This document shows positions 15,421-17,777 of a stretch of 17,777 nucleotides of DNA, in pieces. The notes beneath the pieces are model-generated. The model searched no databases. It worked only from the letters and a program-made list of their open reading frames with translations, and was not told the origin of the DNA. The stretch is from Candidatus Bathyarchaeia archaeon (GTDB lineage Archaea; Thermoproteota; Bathyarchaeia; TCS64): positions 1 to 17,777 of the forward strand of contig JBEKDF010000048.1 of assembly GCA_050014495.1 (NCBI GenBank). The letters run 5' to 3'. Each line of letters begins with the position of its first letter. The first letter of the stretch is position 1. The translations under genes and the position numbers were made by a program.

Positions 15421-16581
15421 TTATTCCTCAATTATCTCAACGTTTGCCCTGGGAACAACTACATTTCTGTTTCCTAGCCTTATTTCGACAACCCTTACAA
15501 GGGCACCCGTCTCCACTTTAACAAGGTCTACTGGAAGGTGTGACACAATTCCGATCTCACCGAAGTAGGGATCCGCGATAATTCTTATTGGCGTTCCAGG
15601 TCTCATGCCTTTCACTGTTTCATTGGACACCTCTGTCTTTTTTATCACAGTTCCTTTCCGGATTGGTATAATTATTTCAGGTCTGAGTACACCCGCCCTA
15701 ATCTGAGTAGCCCCGTTAATCGCAGCTTTTTCACCAGCAAATTTGGATAACAATTTGAAGGTCTTATCAGACATACGCATCTCCCCGAACCCCTCTGTAG
15801 CAATTAGCGAGAGGGGAATATTTTCTTCTCCTGTTATAGCTACTCCAATTTCGTAACCCAAGTATTGAGTTATATCAACGCTTCTTATTCCACCTACGAC
15901 AATGCCTTTAACTCCCACTTCAGTTGCTTTTTTTAATACTTCGAGGGTAGCCAAGCTTCCGCCAATCAATATTTTTCCTTTATGTTCTGTAGTTATCATC
16001 TCTGGAGTTATTATCTCATCGGGGGATTTTGCTATAATTGCGATCTCACCGTTTCTTTCTCCTCCAATTCCGAAAATTCCCTGAATATAGGCAGCTTCAT
16101 TTTCAATGATGACCCCCTCGTTAGGTAATATTTTCTTAATTTTTCCTTTCATATATGCAACTAAATCAACAGGGATCGGTTCACATCTCAGAACGCATTG
16201 ACCCGTTGCGGATGAGTAGTTTTCTAATGTGCAAGTTTCAGAGGTCTTAATTTCCTTTTTAAAAAGTCCCCAAAAAGGTGAGTATTTCGCTATTATTTCG
16301 TCTTTTTGTAATTTATCGCCAATTTTTTTTGTAAGGAATTTCGGAACGTCATTTGTTGATACACCTAGGAGGTCAGCAACTCTTAGCATAATTGGGGCGC
16401 CAGGTATCTTGGTTCTGGCGACAATTGTATCAAAATCAACTTCTTGCCCTTGTTTAACAAGTACCTCTCCTATAAGAGGCAATCTTCTTGTTTTAGTTAC
16501 AACCTCAAATTCTTTTACTTTCAAACCGGGAGTATAAGCGTACGCTTCTTCAGAATTTGGCTCAGTCGTGTTCTTCGGCAT
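15421..16581 (-). CDS. Conserved hypothetical protein of GlmL-like operons (C-terminal KOW/SH3-like region)
   Basis: AYTPGLKV, IQGIFGIGGE, TEGFG and GATQIRAGVLRPE. Directly coupled to the upstream gene (TAA-ATG, RBS GGAGGTG). Confidence 0.75.
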   Translation of the reverse strand: MPKNTTEPNSEEAYAYTPGLKVKEFEVVTKTRRLPLIGEVLVKQGQEVDFDTIVARTKIPGAPIMLRVADLLGVSTNDVPKFLTKKIGDKLQKDEIIAKYSPFWGLFKKEIKTSETCTLENYSSATGQCVLRCEPIPVDLVAYMKGKIKKILPNEGVIIENEAAYIQGIFGIGGERNGEIAIIAKSPDEIITPEMITTEHKGKILIGGSLATLEVLKKATEVGVKGIVVGGIRSVDITQYLGYEIGVAITGEENIPLSLIATEGFGEMRMSDKTFKLLSKFAGEKAAINGATQIRAGVLRPEIIIPIRKGTVIKKTEVSNETVKGMRPGTPIRIIADPYFGEIGIVSHLPVDLVKVETGALVRVVEIRLGNRNVVVPRANVEIIEE

Positions 16582-17777
16582 TTAAACACCTCCTTCACCT
16601 GAATCGAGAAAATCAAGGGGGTATAGGTCAAGTGCGCTGTACCATTTTCTTAATATTTTCTTTCTATCCGCTTCACTTTCTGGTAAGGTTAAAGGTCTGC
16701 CTCTAGCGTCGATCACTATTCCTACCACCCCGCCCTCTATGATTTTTTCAAGAGATTTGCCAGATCCTGCACCAATGTCGAAGTCGTGAGTGGGGGTAAT
16801 TACAGCTTTGGCTTTTACCCTCTCCGCAAGCGGGATCGAGATAATTTCTCCATATTTGATCTCCTTTTCGATCTTACTTCCATCAGGTACCTCAATCGAA
16901 ATATTGACTACAGCAGAACCCTCTTTTCCGAGTCCTACAGGTGCAATTACTGTTCCAAGACGTATTAAGCAATCTTTATCAAAAACGTTCCACGCCACGT
17001 CAGGATATGCTGTAGATAGTACCCCAAGATGAGGCATCATGAAGACGCTATCTTGATAAAATTTGGTTACTCCTTCTGGTTGCCATGAATCCATTAATAT
17101 TTGGAGGGTTTGCGCTCTCTTCGGTGCGTGTGATAATAGTCCTCCAGTACCTGTAATTATATCAATATTCATCATATTTATATAGGTTTCTTGTAATCGA
17201 TTCTCCATTACTTCTCCAACCATTCTTTCAGCTTGTTTTGTTCCCTTTAATCTTACAGCAATTGTTTTGTGATGTTTCATTCCAAGTCTTAGTGCCTCTC
17301 TTGCTACAGCATGCTCTATTATGAGCATTTTTAATGTCTGAGGAATAGTTGTTGGTCTAATCATTTTATTTCTTAATATATTCTCTAATTTATTTTTCTC
17401 TAATTCGAACGGGATCCATCTTAGTATATTTTCAATCCCTGTCTCTTTCAATACATTACAAATACTGTAGCTCATTCCTAAATTAGCGCTAACGCTTCTC
17501 ACAAACCGGCCCTCAAAAATAGAATAAACATTTGTAGTCGCGCCTCCAAGGCCTACACCCATCACGTTAGCATTTTCAGCTCGGGCGATAAGTTGCATAC
17601 CTAAACCTTCCCCAGCGGGAGTTGGCATTATGTCTAAGTCGGTCCATTGCATAAGTTGAGTGTATCCAGGGGCATGAGACATTACATGTTCCATGAATAG
17701 TTCGTGAATCGCCCTTCGTGCAGGTTCAGTGTTTTCCACTTCTAGAACCGGTCTAAGGTTATCAACAATTTCTATTT
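16582..17777 (-). CDS. Glutamate mutase L (GlmL/MutL-like, ASKHA fold) protein, 5' partial
   Basis: The frame stays open to the window edge (IVDNLRPVLEVEN). MPTP, GGATT, VSANLGMSYS and GTGGLLSHAP motifs. Confidence 0.82.
   Translation of the reverse strand, partial: IEIVDNLRPVLEVENTEPARRAIHELFMEHVMSHAPGYTQLMQWTDLDIMPTPAGEGLGMQLIARAENANVMGVGLGGATTNVYSIFEGRFVRSVSANLGMSYSICNVLKETGIENILRWIPFELEKNKLENILRNKMIRPTTIPQTLKMLIIEHAVAREALRLGMKHHKTIAVRLKGTKQAERMVGEVMENRLQETYINMMNIDIITGTGGLLSHAPKRAQTLQILMDSWQPEGVTKFYQDSVFMMPHLGVLSTAYPDVAWNVFDKDCLIRLGTVIAPVGLGKEGSAVVNISIEVPDGSKIEKEIKYGEIISIPLAERVKAKAVITPTHDFDIGAGSGKSLEKIIEGGVVGIVIDARGRPLTLPESEADRKKILRKWYSALDLYPLDFLDSGEGGV

Noticed and set aside
1..17777. 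CRISPR array, rRNA or tRNA-derived attR
   Set aside because: No regularly spaced repeats, rRNA-like sequence or second copy of the tRNA 3' end were seen.

Overview
Archaeal window (TFE, archaeal tRNA, TATA promoters, GGAGGTGA ribosome-binding sites; Bathyarchaeia-like by inference). A short core block (tfe, HD protein, amidohydrolase, tRNA-Val(TAC)) sits between accessory regions. To the left are a membrane-anchored secreted protein, a restriction-endonuclease-like gene remnant, a small Cys-rich zinc finger and a PH/GRAM-like protein. To the right are a tRNA-adjacent tyrosine integrase, an IS110-family element, a small HTH cassette bounded by inverted repeats, a pepD pseudogene, an AT-rich catabolic cluster (2x DUF917, AstE/AspA-like, Fe-S aldo/keto reductase, AroM, hydantoin racemase, a decayed methyltransferase) and a GlmL-like operon. 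Two linked signals stand out. (1) The IS110 upstream non-coding region folds into a bridge-RNA-like structure whose loop strands match the actual insertion flanks and the element ends. (2) Short alternating purine-pyrimidine (CG/CA/TG) tracts sit exactly at gene deletion or truncation junctions and element ends, like repair scars, and the IS110 target guide (CGCGCGC) appears programmed to recognise such a tract joined to an element end.
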